Below are positions 45,198 through 54,018 of a stretch of DNA of 64,000 nucleotides, piece by piece (within the stretch, counting starts at the first letter, position 1; each line of letters starts with the position of its first letter). The notes beneath the pieces are model-generated. The model saw only the letters and a list, made by a program, of their open reading frames with translations, searched no databases and had not been told where the DNA came from. This DNA is from Thermoguttaceae bacterium (GTDB lineage: Bacteria > Planctomycetota > Planctomycetia > Pirellulales > Thermoguttaceae): NCBI GenBank assembly GCA_045586185.1, contig JAZMZV010000246.1:10945-74944 (forward strand). Reading direction: 5' to 3'. Position numbers and translations under genes: made by a program.

Positions 45198-46229
45198 ATG
45201 AAACACACTGTTTTAATCATTTTATCGACGCTGGCGCTTTTGCTGTCAACGTCCAGCTTTGCAGACGAGTATAAACCCGGCGATGCGATTACGCCTGCCG
45301 ACTATCCCAGCTTGAAAAATCCGGAGATGAAATTCGGACTGATCAATAAGCACGGAAAGCCTTTTGCCAAAGACCCGACTGTCGTCCGATTCAAGGGAAA
45401 GTACTGGATGTATTTTTCGCTTTTCTCACTTGACCCTCAAAAAACCGGTTACGATCTCTATATTGGCATAGCAAACAGCGACGACCTGACCAACTGGACT
45501 TATGTCGGGGCTGTTACACCGTTGTGCGAAGGCGACAAAAAGGGATTGGGCGCGCCCTGTGCGAAAGTCTGGGACGGAAAAGTTCATTTGTTTTACCAGT
45601 CCTACGGCAACGGACCCAAAGACGCTATTTATTACGCAGCGTCAGAAGACGGTCTGAATTTCAAGAGCGTTTATCCAACGGCGATTTTCTCGCCCAAAGG
45701 CGACTGGACAAACGGTCGGGCGATTGACGCTGACTTTATCGAGTTCAAGGGAAAATGTTTCCTCTACGCGGCGACTCGAGATCCGGAAGGAAAGATTCAA
45801 AAACAGGTTGTTGCCGTAGCGGAGAATCGGGACAACCTCGCCCCGGATCAGTGGAAGCAATGCGATCATTCCATTCTCGAACCGACTCTGCCGTGGGAAA
45901 CGCGCTGTATAGAAGCGGCGTCCGTTTGCGAACGCGACGGCAAGCTGTTCATGTTCTACGCGGGCGGATACAATAACGACCCGCAGCACATCGGGCTGGC
46001 TCAGTCTGAAGACGGAATCCACTGGACGCGCGTCTGGAACGTTCCGTTTATTACCAACGGACCCAAAGGACAATGGAACTTCAGCGAATCCGGACATCCC
46101 GGAATCTTTATTGACCCGGAAACCGGCAAAACCTGGCTGTTCTTCCAAGGCAACGATGAACACGGGAAATCCTGGTTTCTGTCTCGCGTTGAACTGGAAT
46201 GGGTTGACGGCTTGCCGAAAGTTAAATAA
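45198..46229 (+). CDS. exported glycoside hydrolase of the GH43/32/62/68 five-bladed beta-propeller superfamily
   Basis: Signal peptide. KDPTVVRFKGKYWMYFS, GAPCAKVWDGKVHLFYQS and IEAASVCERDGKLFMFYAG resemble the Asp/Asp/Glu blades of GH43-like enzymes. Confidence 0.7.
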   Translation: MKHTVLIILSTLALLLSTSSFADEYKPGDAITPADYPSLKNPEMKFGLINKHGKPFAKDPTVVRFKGKYWMYFSLFSLDPQKTGYDLYIGIANSDDLTNWTYVGAVTPLCEGDKKGLGAPCAKVWDGKVHLFYQSYGNGPKDAIYYAASEDGLNFKSVYPTAIFSPKGDWTNGRAIDADFIEFKGKCFLYAATRDPEGKIQKQVVAVAENRDNLAPDQWKQCDHSILEPTLPWETRCIEAASVCERDGKLFMFYAGGYNNDPQHIGLAQSEDGIHWTRVWNVPFITNGPKGQWNFSESGHPGIFIDPETGKTWLFFQGNDEHGKSWFLSRVELEWVDGLPKVK

Positions 46230-46242
46230 GGGTTTCTACATT

Positions 46243-46270
46243 GAATAGGGGCGCCGCCGCGTCCCTATTC
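46243..46270. other. small hairpin between convergent stops (GAATAGGG / CCCTATTC)
   Basis: 8-bp stem made of one GGGAATA-type unit per arm, with a 12-nt GC-rich loop GCGCCGCCGCGT. It overlaps the stop at 46265-46267. Confidence 0.5.
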
Positions 46271-46864
46271 TCCCTGCTTCTCCGCTTCTACAATGGCAAT
46301 GCGACCGTCGATAATCTCTTTGATAACTACCGTAACGCCGGACGGCAAAGCAGGACCGGGCGTCATGGCTTCCATTTCGTCGATTCGTCCTTGAATGGTC
46401 AGTTGAATTTTGCCGGTATTGGTTTTATGTTCAGGAATGCGAATGTAGACCGTCGCGGTTTTTCCAACGGCGGATTCAATCTTCACGTTTCCGCTGGACT
46501 GCAGCTTGTTGATTAATCCCATAATAAACGCAACCGCAGCGCCGGCAACCCAGCCGCCAATGAGAGCGCATGCAAAACTGACAATCGGATGAAGCTTGGC
46601 GCTGTCCGCCCATAAACCGATTACGCCGAAAAAGGCGCTTGCAGCAACAATAACCCGAAAGCTCAAAAAGCGCGCCAGGGAAATCACGCTTCCGCTGCCA
46701 ACGTCGGTATCGCCGCTGTCGAGATCTCCGCCGTCCATGTCTACGTCGGGAGCGTCGACGTCGTTGAAGTCGCCAAATCCCAGAATCATCATCAGGAACT
46801 GGATTACCATAATCAACCCGCCGACAACGGCGCAAATCAGAAACAGGGTATGAAGCATTGTCAT
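46265..46864 (-). CDS. NfeD-like membrane protein (YqiJ/DUF1449-like)
   Basis: N-terminal TM helices, an acidic loop DVDAPDVDMDGGDLDSGDTD, further TM helices, and a C-terminal OB-like segment GKTATVYIRIPEHKTNTGKIQLTIQGRIDEMEA. Confidence 0.65.
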   Translation of the reverse strand: MTMLHTLFLICAVVGGLIMVIQFLMMILGFGDFNDVDAPDVDMDGGDLDSGDTDVGSGSVISLARFLSFRVIVAASAFFGVIGLWADSAKLHPIVSFACALIGGWVAGAAVAFIMGLINKLQSSGNVKIESAVGKTATVYIRIPEHKTNTGKIQLTIQGRIDEMEAMTPGPALPSGVTVVIKEIIDGRIAIVEAEKQGE

Positions 46865-47012
46865 GGCATTAAATTGGGGGTTAGAAGTAAACGTTTGGAA
46901 AGAGTCCCTCGCTATTCCTATTTATAATATACGATTTATTTAAGAAAAAGAAACCGGGAGACAGAAAAATACTGGAAAATTCTTGATTTTTATTTTTGGT
47001 TGGTTTATAATT

Positions 47013-47098
47013 AGTTGCGAGTTGCGAGTAGCGAGTTGCGAGAAAAGTTATTGAGGCTCTTGCGTCAATTGCTAATTGCTAATTGACAATTGCTAATT
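47013..47098. repeat. heptamer-array element (GCGAGTT arm / GCTAATT-type arm)
   Basis: AGTTGCGAGTTGCGAGTAGCGAGTTGCGAG, AAAAGTTATTGAGGCTCTTGCGTC, AATTGCTAATTGCTAATTGACAATTGCTAATT. The track ORF start at 47090 is an artefact. Confidence 0.9.
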
Positions 47099-47119
47099 CC
47101 CTTTCCCCTCCCCCCTATC

Positions 47120-48490
47120 ATGAAACATTTATTATTAATTATCGTCGCCGCGCTGATTAGCGCGTTTTGTCAAACCGAAATCGAGGCGGCTGATCCCGCG
47201 CCGTGGAAAATCGTTTCCAGAGAGAACGTTGCGTCGGTCTGGTCGGGAAATCCCGTTCAGTTTGCGTTCGTTCAAAAAGAAGGCCATCTGTTTATCGGAT
47301 TCTATTCCGGCGAGGACAAGAGCATGGTTATCGGTCAGAAGCAGTTGCCGGACGGCTCTTGGAAGTTCAAAAAACTGGATACGAAAATCGGCTGGGATTC
47401 TCACAATTATATTACCATCGCCTTTGACCGGGACAATTGTCTTCACGTCTGCGGGAACATGCATTGCGTTCCAATGATTTATTATCGATCGGAAAAGCCG
47501 CTGGATATAGATTCTCTTGAACCGATAAATCGCATGACGGCGGCGGGAACGACGATGGAAGAGCTTCGTCAGGCGCAGGAAAACAGAGTTACGTATCCAA
47601 CGTTTATGAGTTCTGTCGACGGAGCTTTGATTTTCACGTATCGCGACGGGGCGTCTGGAAACGGAAGCCAGCTGTGGAATGTTTATGACCCGGATTCTAA
47701 AATCTGGAAGCGGTTTTTGGACGTCCCCATGTTTGACGGCTTGGGGAAATGCAACGCTTATTTTAAAGGTCCGGTTAAGGGTCCCGACGGCTGGTATCAT
47801 ATTGCGTGGGTTTGGCGGGACACTCCGGACTGCGCCACGAATCACGATTTGTCATACATGCGAAGCCGGGACTTGATTCATTGGGAAACCAGCCAGGGCG
47901 CGCCGCTGACACTGCCTGTTACACAGCAGACGGGCGAGGTCGTCGCCCCGCTGAAAAACGGCGAGGGGCTTCTCAATTCGCTGGTTCAAATCGGGTTTGA
48001 TACGCAAAATCGCGTTGTGATAACGTACACGCGATACGACGAAAACAAAAACAACCAAATCATGCAGGCGCGTCTGGAAAACGGCGTCTGGAAATACTAT
48101 CAAACGACGGACTGGACGCATAGCTGGGTCTTCTCCGGCGGCGGGTGCATTCCAGGGGAGTTGTCTTTTTCTGCCGTTCGATCCGAAAACGGGAAGCTGT
48201 ATCAGTCGTGGAATCGGAAATATGAGAAGTCCGGGGACTTTGAACTGGACGGCGAAACGCTCAAGCCCATCGGCGCCGCGCCGCCAAAGTCGAAAATCCC
48301 GGCGGAGTGTTACAAAGTCGAGAATACGCAGGAGAATCAAGGTCGGAAAGTCGCCACGGTAACAGACGCGTCCAATCCAAATCGATTGTACTTTTTCGTT
48401 TGGGAAACGCTGCCGATAAACCGGGATCGACCGCATAACGTCGTCCCGCAGCCCAGCCAGCTGAGAATGTTTGTATTGGAAAGAGAGTAG
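47120..48490 (+). CDS. exported BNR_4-like (BNR repeat-containing family member) protein, probable polysaccharide-active enzyme
   Basis: Start moved to ATG 47120 (signal peptide MKHLLLIIVAALISAFCQTEIEA). HNYITIAFDRDNCLHVCGNMH, FTYRDGASGNG and WVWRDTPDCATNHDLSYMRSRD resemble PF15892 from memory. Confidence 0.6.
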   Translation: MKHLLLIIVAALISAFCQTEIEAADPAPWKIVSRENVASVWSGNPVQFAFVQKEGHLFIGFYSGEDKSMVIGQKQLPDGSWKFKKLDTKIGWDSHNYITIAFDRDNCLHVCGNMHCVPMIYYRSEKPLDIDSLEPINRMTAAGTTMEELRQAQENRVTYPTFMSSVDGALIFTYRDGASGNGSQLWNVYDPDSKIWKRFLDVPMFDGLGKCNAYFKGPVKGPDGWYHIAWVWRDTPDCATNHDLSYMRSRDLIHWETSQGAPLTLPVTQQTGEVVAPLKNGEGLLNSLVQIGFDTQNRVVITYTRYDENKNNQIMQARLENGVWKYYQTTDWTHSWVFSGGGCIPGELSFSAVRSENGKLYQSWNRKYEKSGDFELDGETLKPIGAAPPKSKIPAECYKVENTQENQGRKVATVTDASNPNRLYFFVWETLPINRDRPHNVVPQPSQLRMFVLERE

Positions 48491-48511
48491 TTAGGCAGTA
48501 GGCAGTAGTAA
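48488..48511. repeat. GGCAGTA heptamer arm
   Basis: TAGTTAGGCAGTAGGCAGTAGTAAG begins with the TAG stop of the 47120-48490 CDS. Confidence 0.85.
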
Positions 48512-48518
48512 GAATATA

Positions 48519-48585
48519 CAAGCGACCAACGGGAGTGGTTGTTGGCAAACGCGCGGCAGCGCGGATTGGGAGCGGCGCCTCGCCG
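48519..48585 (+). repeat. ~67-nt GC-rich dispersed element, copy 2
   Basis: CAAGCGACCAACGGGAGTGGTTGTTGGCAAACGCGCGGCAGCGCGGATTGGGAGCGGCGCCTCGCCG. See 36624-36692. A 14-nt fragment CGGCGAGGCGCCGC also occurs at ~11983. Confidence 0.85.
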
Positions 48586-48616
48586 TCTCGCAACTCGCCA
48601 CTCGCCACTCGCAACT
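48586..48616. repeat. CTCGCAA/CTCGCCA heptamer arm
   Basis: TCTCGCAACTCGCCACTCGCCACTCGCAACT ends 16 nt before ATG 48633. Confidence 0.9.
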
Positions 48617-48632
48617 AAGAGAGGGTAATACA

Positions 48633-51104
48633 ATGATAAAAAAGTTATTTATTGTCGCGTTCGCGCTTTTGATGAATGTAACAGTCGCTGACGAGGTGCA
48701 AAAACCGTCCGCATCTTTGGAAGAGAACTTTCAGGCAGCGCCGATGATCCTGCCGGGCGACAAGATTTCTCTCAAGCCGCTGCCGTTGTGGCATACAAAC
48801 GGACTCCTGACGGAAGAACTGATTGACGAGTTCTTTGAAAAGGGAACGGAAAACGGGTTCGGCGGGTTTACGTTTTTACCGCTCGGTCGGACGCAGCCCA
48901 AGTACCTGTCGGAAGAGTATTTCAAGCTCTTTGGGAAGGTTCTCGAATCCGCCAAAGCGCGGGGCGAGAAAATCGTTTTCTATGACGACGTCGATTTCCC
49001 GTCCGGTTCTGCCGGCGGGGCGATGCAAGCGCAGTTCCCGGACTACTGCGTCAAACGTCTGGATATGGAATCGTGGACTCAAACCGGACCGAAACTCAAC
49101 GCTGAGTTCGTCTTCTCGCGCAAGCTGAATCAGAACTGGTATAACGGCTACACGCAGGCGGCGGTAGCGATGAACCTCAAAACGTGGGAGCGAATCGACC
49201 TGACGCAAACCAAAGACGCGGCTGTTACAGATGAGAAAATCGTCTGGACGGTTCCGGAAGGCGAATGGAAGGTCATGATTTTCTATTGCCTGACCGATAA
49301 CCGCAAGGTCGACAACATGGATCAGGAAGCGATGAGAAAGTTCCTCACGCTGACGTACGATCAATTCTACAAACGTTTTCCGGAGCATTTTGGAACGACG
49401 ATTCCCATCTGCTTTTTCGACGATGTAACAATAACGCAGACTCAGGGCGGGCGTAACTGGACGCCGGGGTTCAACGCCAAGTACCGGCAGATATACGGTC
49501 GAAGCCCTGCGCTGGATTACCCTGCGGCGTTCATGTCGATTGGTCCGGAAACAGCGGTCGCCCGGGTTCGGCTCTGGACGGTCAGAAACGAACTCTTTTC
49601 CGACGGCTACCCGAAAGTCGTTCACGAATGGTGCGCCGAACACGGCATCATGTCCAGCGGTCATCCGCAAGGTCCGTACGTAATTCAGCCGTGCAACATG
49701 TGCGGAGACGAAATGCTCTTTCATCGATCCAGCGACGCCCCGCTGTTCGACTCGATTCATTACTACGGGCACGGCCGCGACGGATTCAAGGTTCCGACGT
49801 CGTCCGCCAACAATCTGGATAAACCGCTGGTTCTGGTTGAAATCTACGGGAACTATCGTGACGGCGTTCGGAACGGGAAACCGGAGTTTGACGACAAGAT
49901 GCTTTATCGCAGCGCGATGGAAATTTTCTGCCGCGGCGGAAACGTTCTCCTGCCGCACGGCATTTGGTCTGACCCGGCGACGATGTACATTCCCCCGGAT
50001 ATTTCGTGGCGAAACCCGAACCTCAACGGAACGCTGCCGCAGTACGGCGACTGGGTCAGCCGAATCAGCCTCATCATGCGTTACAGCCGTCACGTTGCCG
50101 ACGTCGGAATCGTCTATCCGATTGACAACCTCAAATCGTACTTCTATTTTCATGACAAATACGTTCAGGGCGAACACCCGTACGGGTACTACATTCCGCC
50201 GGAAACGGACTACATGGAAGTCGGAAAAGTTCTGACGTCCGGCATTTATCGGGACTATACGTATCTGCACCCGGATGTGATGTTGTCACGATGTTCGATT
50301 GGGAAAAACGGCGCAGGACAGACGGTCTATAAGCTCAATAACGTTCAAAACTTCGAGCAGTATCAGGTTCTCGTTCTGACGGGTTCAGAGATTATTTCCT
50401 GGAAAACGCTGGAACAGGTTTACGAATTCTGGAAGCAGGGCGGGAAAGTCTTGGCGACAACGCGTCTGCCCAATCGGGCGGCGGAGGGCGCGGAATTCGA
50501 CGCCAAAGTCGTTCAGTGGATTGACGAAATGTTCGGCGTCGACCCGCGCGTTCAGGGCGAAGTCGAAGCGGCGTCCTGCGGTCAAAACGACATCGTTCTG
50601 GCAGAGCATTATCGCGAAATGCGACAGTTGAATCAGAAGGCTCAGTTCCCCATGACGTATCCAGGCATTGAACGCCAGACGCTGACGGAGATTCATCGTC
50701 CGCGCGCCGTTTTTTTGCCGCAGCCGACGCCTGCAGCTCTGCAAAAAGCGTTGGACGAGCTGATTGCCGTTCCCGACGTGAAAATCGTTTCCCATGACGG
50801 CTCAGCGCTGCCGGAAAACAAAATTACTCCGCGGTGGGACTACGATTACGACGGCATGATTCAGTACATTCATAAAGTCAAAGACGGACGCGATTTTTAC
50901 CTCGTTGCCAATTCGTCCAATTCAGACGTCGCGCTGAATGTAACAATTCGCGGAACGTTCAAGACGCTGGAAATCTGGAATCCGCTTACTGGAGAAAGAA
51001 CCCCAATTGATGAATCCCAACTGACGCGAACGCCCAACGCTGTTACAATCAACAACTTGTCGCTACTATCTGTTACCGCCTTGTTTATTATGGGACAAGA
51101 CTAG
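48633..51104 (+). CDS. exported putative glycoside hydrolase (823 aa; family uncertain, possibly GH106-like)
   Basis: Signal peptide. The N-terminal segment GFGGFTFLPLG...KIVFYDDVDFPSGSAGG is reminiscent of uncharacterised glycosyl hydrolases. It sits in a cluster with GH5, GH43-like and beta-helix genes. Confidence 0.6.
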   Translation: MIKKLFIVAFALLMNVTVADEVQKPSASLEENFQAAPMILPGDKISLKPLPLWHTNGLLTEELIDEFFEKGTENGFGGFTFLPLGRTQPKYLSEEYFKLFGKVLESAKARGEKIVFYDDVDFPSGSAGGAMQAQFPDYCVKRLDMESWTQTGPKLNAEFVFSRKLNQNWYNGYTQAAVAMNLKTWERIDLTQTKDAAVTDEKIVWTVPEGEWKVMIFYCLTDNRKVDNMDQEAMRKFLTLTYDQFYKRFPEHFGTTIPICFFDDVTITQTQGGRNWTPGFNAKYRQIYGRSPALDYPAAFMSIGPETAVARVRLWTVRNELFSDGYPKVVHEWCAEHGIMSSGHPQGPYVIQPCNMCGDEMLFHRSSDAPLFDSIHYYGHGRDGFKVPTSSANNLDKPLVLVEIYGNYRDGVRNGKPEFDDKMLYRSAMEIFCRGGNVLLPHGIWSDPATMYIPPDISWRNPNLNGTLPQYGDWVSRISLIMRYSRHVADVGIVYPIDNLKSYFYFHDKYVQGEHPYGYYIPPETDYMEVGKVLTSGIYRDYTYLHPDVMLSRCSIGKNGAGQTVYKLNNVQNFEQYQVLVLTGSEIISWKTLEQVYEFWKQGGKVLATTRLPNRAAEGAEFDAKVVQWIDEMFGVDPRVQGEVEAASCGQNDIVLAEHYREMRQLNQKAQFPMTYPGIERQTLTEIHRPRAVFLPQPTPAALQKALDELIAVPDVKIVSHDGSALPENKITPRWDYDYDGMIQYIHKVKDGRDFYLVANSSNSDVALNVTIRGTFKTLEIWNPLTGERTPIDESQLTRTPNAVTINNLSLLSVTALFIMGQD

Positions 51105-51158
51105 ACGGCGATATTGTATATTTGTTTTTTGATTATTAGAACCTGTGGAGATTATCCC

Positions 51159-52214
51159 ATGAAATGCTTAAACTTTTTATTGATTGTTCTGCTTGCCTCG
51201 ACAGTCTACGGCAAAACGCTTCAAGTTGGACCGGTTCAGGCGTATTCCCGAATTGAAGACGCCGTTGCGGCGGCAAACGCCGGCGATAAGATTATCGTTC
51301 ATCCCTTACCAAACAACGCCGCATACAAAGAAGTCAAACTGATGATAAAAAAGCCGAATCTGACAATTCAGGCGGTCAATCCGAATCAGCCCGTCGTTCT
51401 TGACGGGTCTGGCGTCAACTATACCGGCGCCGGTTCCACGCCCAGAGCGATTGTTCAGTTTTGCGCTGAAGGTTCCGGCGGGACGCTCGACGGTTTTGTT
51501 CTTCGCAACGCTCGCAACGACAGCTATAACGCCGCCGGCGTGAGAATCTCTCAGGCGAACGACGTAACAATTTCCCGCTGCGATATTCACGACAACGACA
51601 TGGGAATTATGAGTGACGGGCGCGCCGGTCAGCAGGGCGTTGAGCCGCTGGGCGCAAACCAGCTTATTACTCATTGCCGAATTACGGACAACGGTTCAGA
51701 CAAACACCCCGGATACAACCACAATCTGTATTTGGGCGGGGATAGCGTTACGATTCAGTATTCTGAAATCGCCCGGGCGACGACGGGACACAACGTCAAA
51801 TGCCGGGTTCATCGGGTTACAATTTACAACTGCTCAATTCACGACGCTGCCAACCGGGAGATTGACCTTGTTGACGGCAAAGACTGTACCGACGTTCCCG
51901 GCAGCGCCGCTCTGATTTCCAACTGCTCGATTAAAAAAGACGCTTTGTGCCAAGGGAACCACGGTTGTATTCATTTTGGAAAAGACGGCGGCGTGGATCA
52001 CGATGGAGCTGTCGTTCTGAAAAACAACGCGATTGAAACGCCGTTTTCAACTCCCGTTATAGAACTGTCAGACGGCAAAGGCGTCGCTTTGTATGACAAC
52101 GTCTTTTCCGATGCCGGAACGGGAACTCGTACCATTCTGATAAAGACCCACGGAAATCAAGTTGTTAAACAGACCGGAAATAGGATACCACAACGGTGGA
52201 AAGTTGGGGATTGA
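51159..52214 (+). CDS. exported right-handed parallel beta-helix repeat protein (pectate-lyase-fold)
   Basis: Start moved to ATG 51159 (GGAG 8 nt upstream; signal peptide MKCLNFLLIVLLASTVYG). Repeats RCDIHDNDMGIMSDG, CRITDNGSDKHPGYNHNLY and IYNCSIHDAANREIDL. Confidence 0.8.
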   Translation: MKCLNFLLIVLLASTVYGKTLQVGPVQAYSRIEDAVAAANAGDKIIVHPLPNNAAYKEVKLMIKKPNLTIQAVNPNQPVVLDGSGVNYTGAGSTPRAIVQFCAEGSGGTLDGFVLRNARNDSYNAAGVRISQANDVTISRCDIHDNDMGIMSDGRAGQQGVEPLGANQLITHCRITDNGSDKHPGYNHNLYLGGDSVTIQYSEIARATTGHNVKCRVHRVTIYNCSIHDAANREIDLVDGKDCTDVPGSAALISNCSIKKDALCQGNHGCIHFGKDGGVDHDGAVVLKNNAIETPFSTPVIELSDGKGVALYDNVFSDAGTGTRTILIKTHGNQVVKQTGNRIPQRWKVGD

Positions 52215-52228
52215 GATTTGCTTTCAAT

Positions 52229-52258
52229 CTATTTCCTATTCCCTACTCCCTATTCCCT
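52229..52258. repeat. CCCTATT/CCCTACT heptamer arm (single arm)
   Basis: CTATTTCCTATTCCCTACTCCCTATTCCCT ends 8 nt before ATG 52267. The track ORF start at 52162 reads through it. Confidence 0.85.
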
Positions 52259-52266
52259 GCAATATC

Positions 52267-53829
52267 ATGTTACAATCTCGATTCTTTCCCATCCTGACGG
52301 TTTTATTATTGACGATTCCCGCTTACGGACAGGTGGAACTGTCCAACGGCGATTTCTCCAAAACGACAGCGGCGCAGCTGGCGTCGGACTGGGGCGTGAA
52401 CGGCGATACGACGTCCGTTCAAACGGTGAATATCGACGGGAAAGACGTCCCGGTTTTGCGTCTGACGGTTAAACAGCCGCGGTCGAACGTAATGGTCTAT
52501 CGACGTATGTATCTGCCGAAGAATCCGCCAAAGGCGCTTAAAGTTCAGCTGAAAGTTCGATACGAGAACGTTCAGTCCGGGGCGCAGAACTGGAACGACG
52601 GGCGGTTTATTATGAACTTCAAGTCGTCCGACGGCAAAACGCTTTCGCCGACGCCGCACGTTCCAACGTTCAAGGGAACGTCCAACGGCTGGAAAGACGT
52701 CGAGTACGTTGTTGCCGTTCCGGAAGGAGCGCAGTTTGTCGAATTGATGCCGTACTTCCTGCAAGCGCAGTCCGGGACAATGGAATTTGCCGCGATTCAG
52801 GTCAGCGCAACCGATCAGGCTCCGCCCGAGAAGAAAGAACGTCCCCGCGTTCAGGCGAAGCCGTCAGCCGTCCAGACGCCGCGAGATGTAACAGGATTGT
52901 CGGAACCGATTCGCGTAGAAGGGAATCGAATTGTCAATCGACAGGGAAAAGAGGTTTGGCTGCAGGGCGTCTGCATTGACTCTTTGGAATGGAGCGCTGG
53001 CGGCGAGCATATTGAGCAAAGCGTTGCGGTTGCTCTCAACGACTGGAAGGCAAACGTCGTTCGGCTTCCGGTCAAAGAAGAATTCTGGTTTGGTCAGAAC
53101 AAATGGCAAAACGACGGCGGGGAAAAGTACCGTCAGCTGGTTGACCGAGTTGTCGCGATGTGCGCTGAAAAGAAGGCGTATCTGGTTCTTGACCTGCACC
53201 GGTTCGGTAAGCCGAAAGACGAACACCGAAAATTCTGGTCAGACGCTGCCGTTCGATACAAGAATCATCCCACCGTTATTTTTGAGCTGTTTAACGAGCC
53301 GCACGACATCAATTGGACAACGTGGCGCGCGTCCATGCAGACGCTTCTCGACGCCGTTCGTCAAACCGGGGCGAACAACCCTGTTATTGTCGGCGGTTTG
53401 GACTGGAGCTACGATTTGTCCGCCGTTGCCAGCGGCGAGTTTGTCCTGACCGATACAAAACCCGGTCGAGGGATTATTTATTCGTCACATATTTATCCGT
53501 GGAAGACGGGGTGGCAGAAAGCGTTTATCGACGCGGCGAAGAAATATCCGATTTTTATCGGCGAGGTCGGAAATCTGCGTTCGTGGGACGATTTCAGCTT
53601 CATTCCCAAAAGCGCGCAGAATGAAGTCGTTGGAGTAGACAGCCCATGGCCGGCGGATATGCTGGGCGTAATTCAGCATTACCGGCTCAACTGGACGGCG
53701 TTTAGTTTTCACCCGAAATGCGGACCCAACGTCATTAAAGATTGGGACTATACGCCCACGGAATTTTGGGGCGTATACGTCAAACAGGCGTTGGCGGGGA
53801 AACAGTTCAAGACTAAAAGATTGCGATGA
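52267..53829 (+). CDS. exported glycoside hydrolase family 5 (cellulase/mannanase-type) with N-terminal CBM-like domain
   Basis: Start moved to ATG 52267. NVVRLPV, LVLDLHRFG, the acid/base motif VIFELFNEPH and the nucleophile motif IFIGEVG. Confidence 0.85.
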   Translation: MLQSRFFPILTVLLLTIPAYGQVELSNGDFSKTTAAQLASDWGVNGDTTSVQTVNIDGKDVPVLRLTVKQPRSNVMVYRRMYLPKNPPKALKVQLKVRYENVQSGAQNWNDGRFIMNFKSSDGKTLSPTPHVPTFKGTSNGWKDVEYVVAVPEGAQFVELMPYFLQAQSGTMEFAAIQVSATDQAPPEKKERPRVQAKPSAVQTPRDVTGLSEPIRVEGNRIVNRQGKEVWLQGVCIDSLEWSAGGEHIEQSVAVALNDWKANVVRLPVKEEFWFGQNKWQNDGGEKYRQLVDRVVAMCAEKKAYLVLDLHRFGKPKDEHRKFWSDAAVRYKNHPTVIFELFNEPHDINWTTWRASMQTLLDAVRQTGANNPVIVGGLDWSYDLSAVASGEFVLTDTKPGRGIIYSSHIYPWKTGWQKAFIDAAKKYPIFIGEVGNLRSWDDFSFIPKSAQNEVVGVDSPWPADMLGVIQHYRLNWTAFSFHPKCGPNVIKDWDYTPTEFWGVYVKQALAGKQFKTKRLR

Positions 53830-53833
53830 AATA

Positions 53834-54010
53834 AGGCAATAGGCAGTAGGCAGTAGGCAGTAGGCAATAGTGATTCGCCTTCGGCGAATTTAAAACACAT
53901 AATATTCCCAATAGTCTAAATTAATGACTTCCGTGGGGTTGATGGTTAAAGAAGACAGTATGCAGTAGTAAAGATTTCCCTACTGCCTACTGCCTCTTGC
54001 CTACTGCCTA
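53834..54010. repeat. heptamer-array element (GGCAGTA arm / ATTCGCC hairpin / 85-nt insert / CTACTGC arm)
   Basis: GGCAATA/GGCAGTA x5 (53834-53870), ATTCGCCTTCGGCGAAT (53873-53889), unrelated AT-rich DNA, then CCCTACTGCCTACTGCCTCTTGCCTACTGCCTA (53978-54010). It lies between convergent stops. Confidence 0.9.
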
Positions 54011-54018
54011 ACTCTTTT

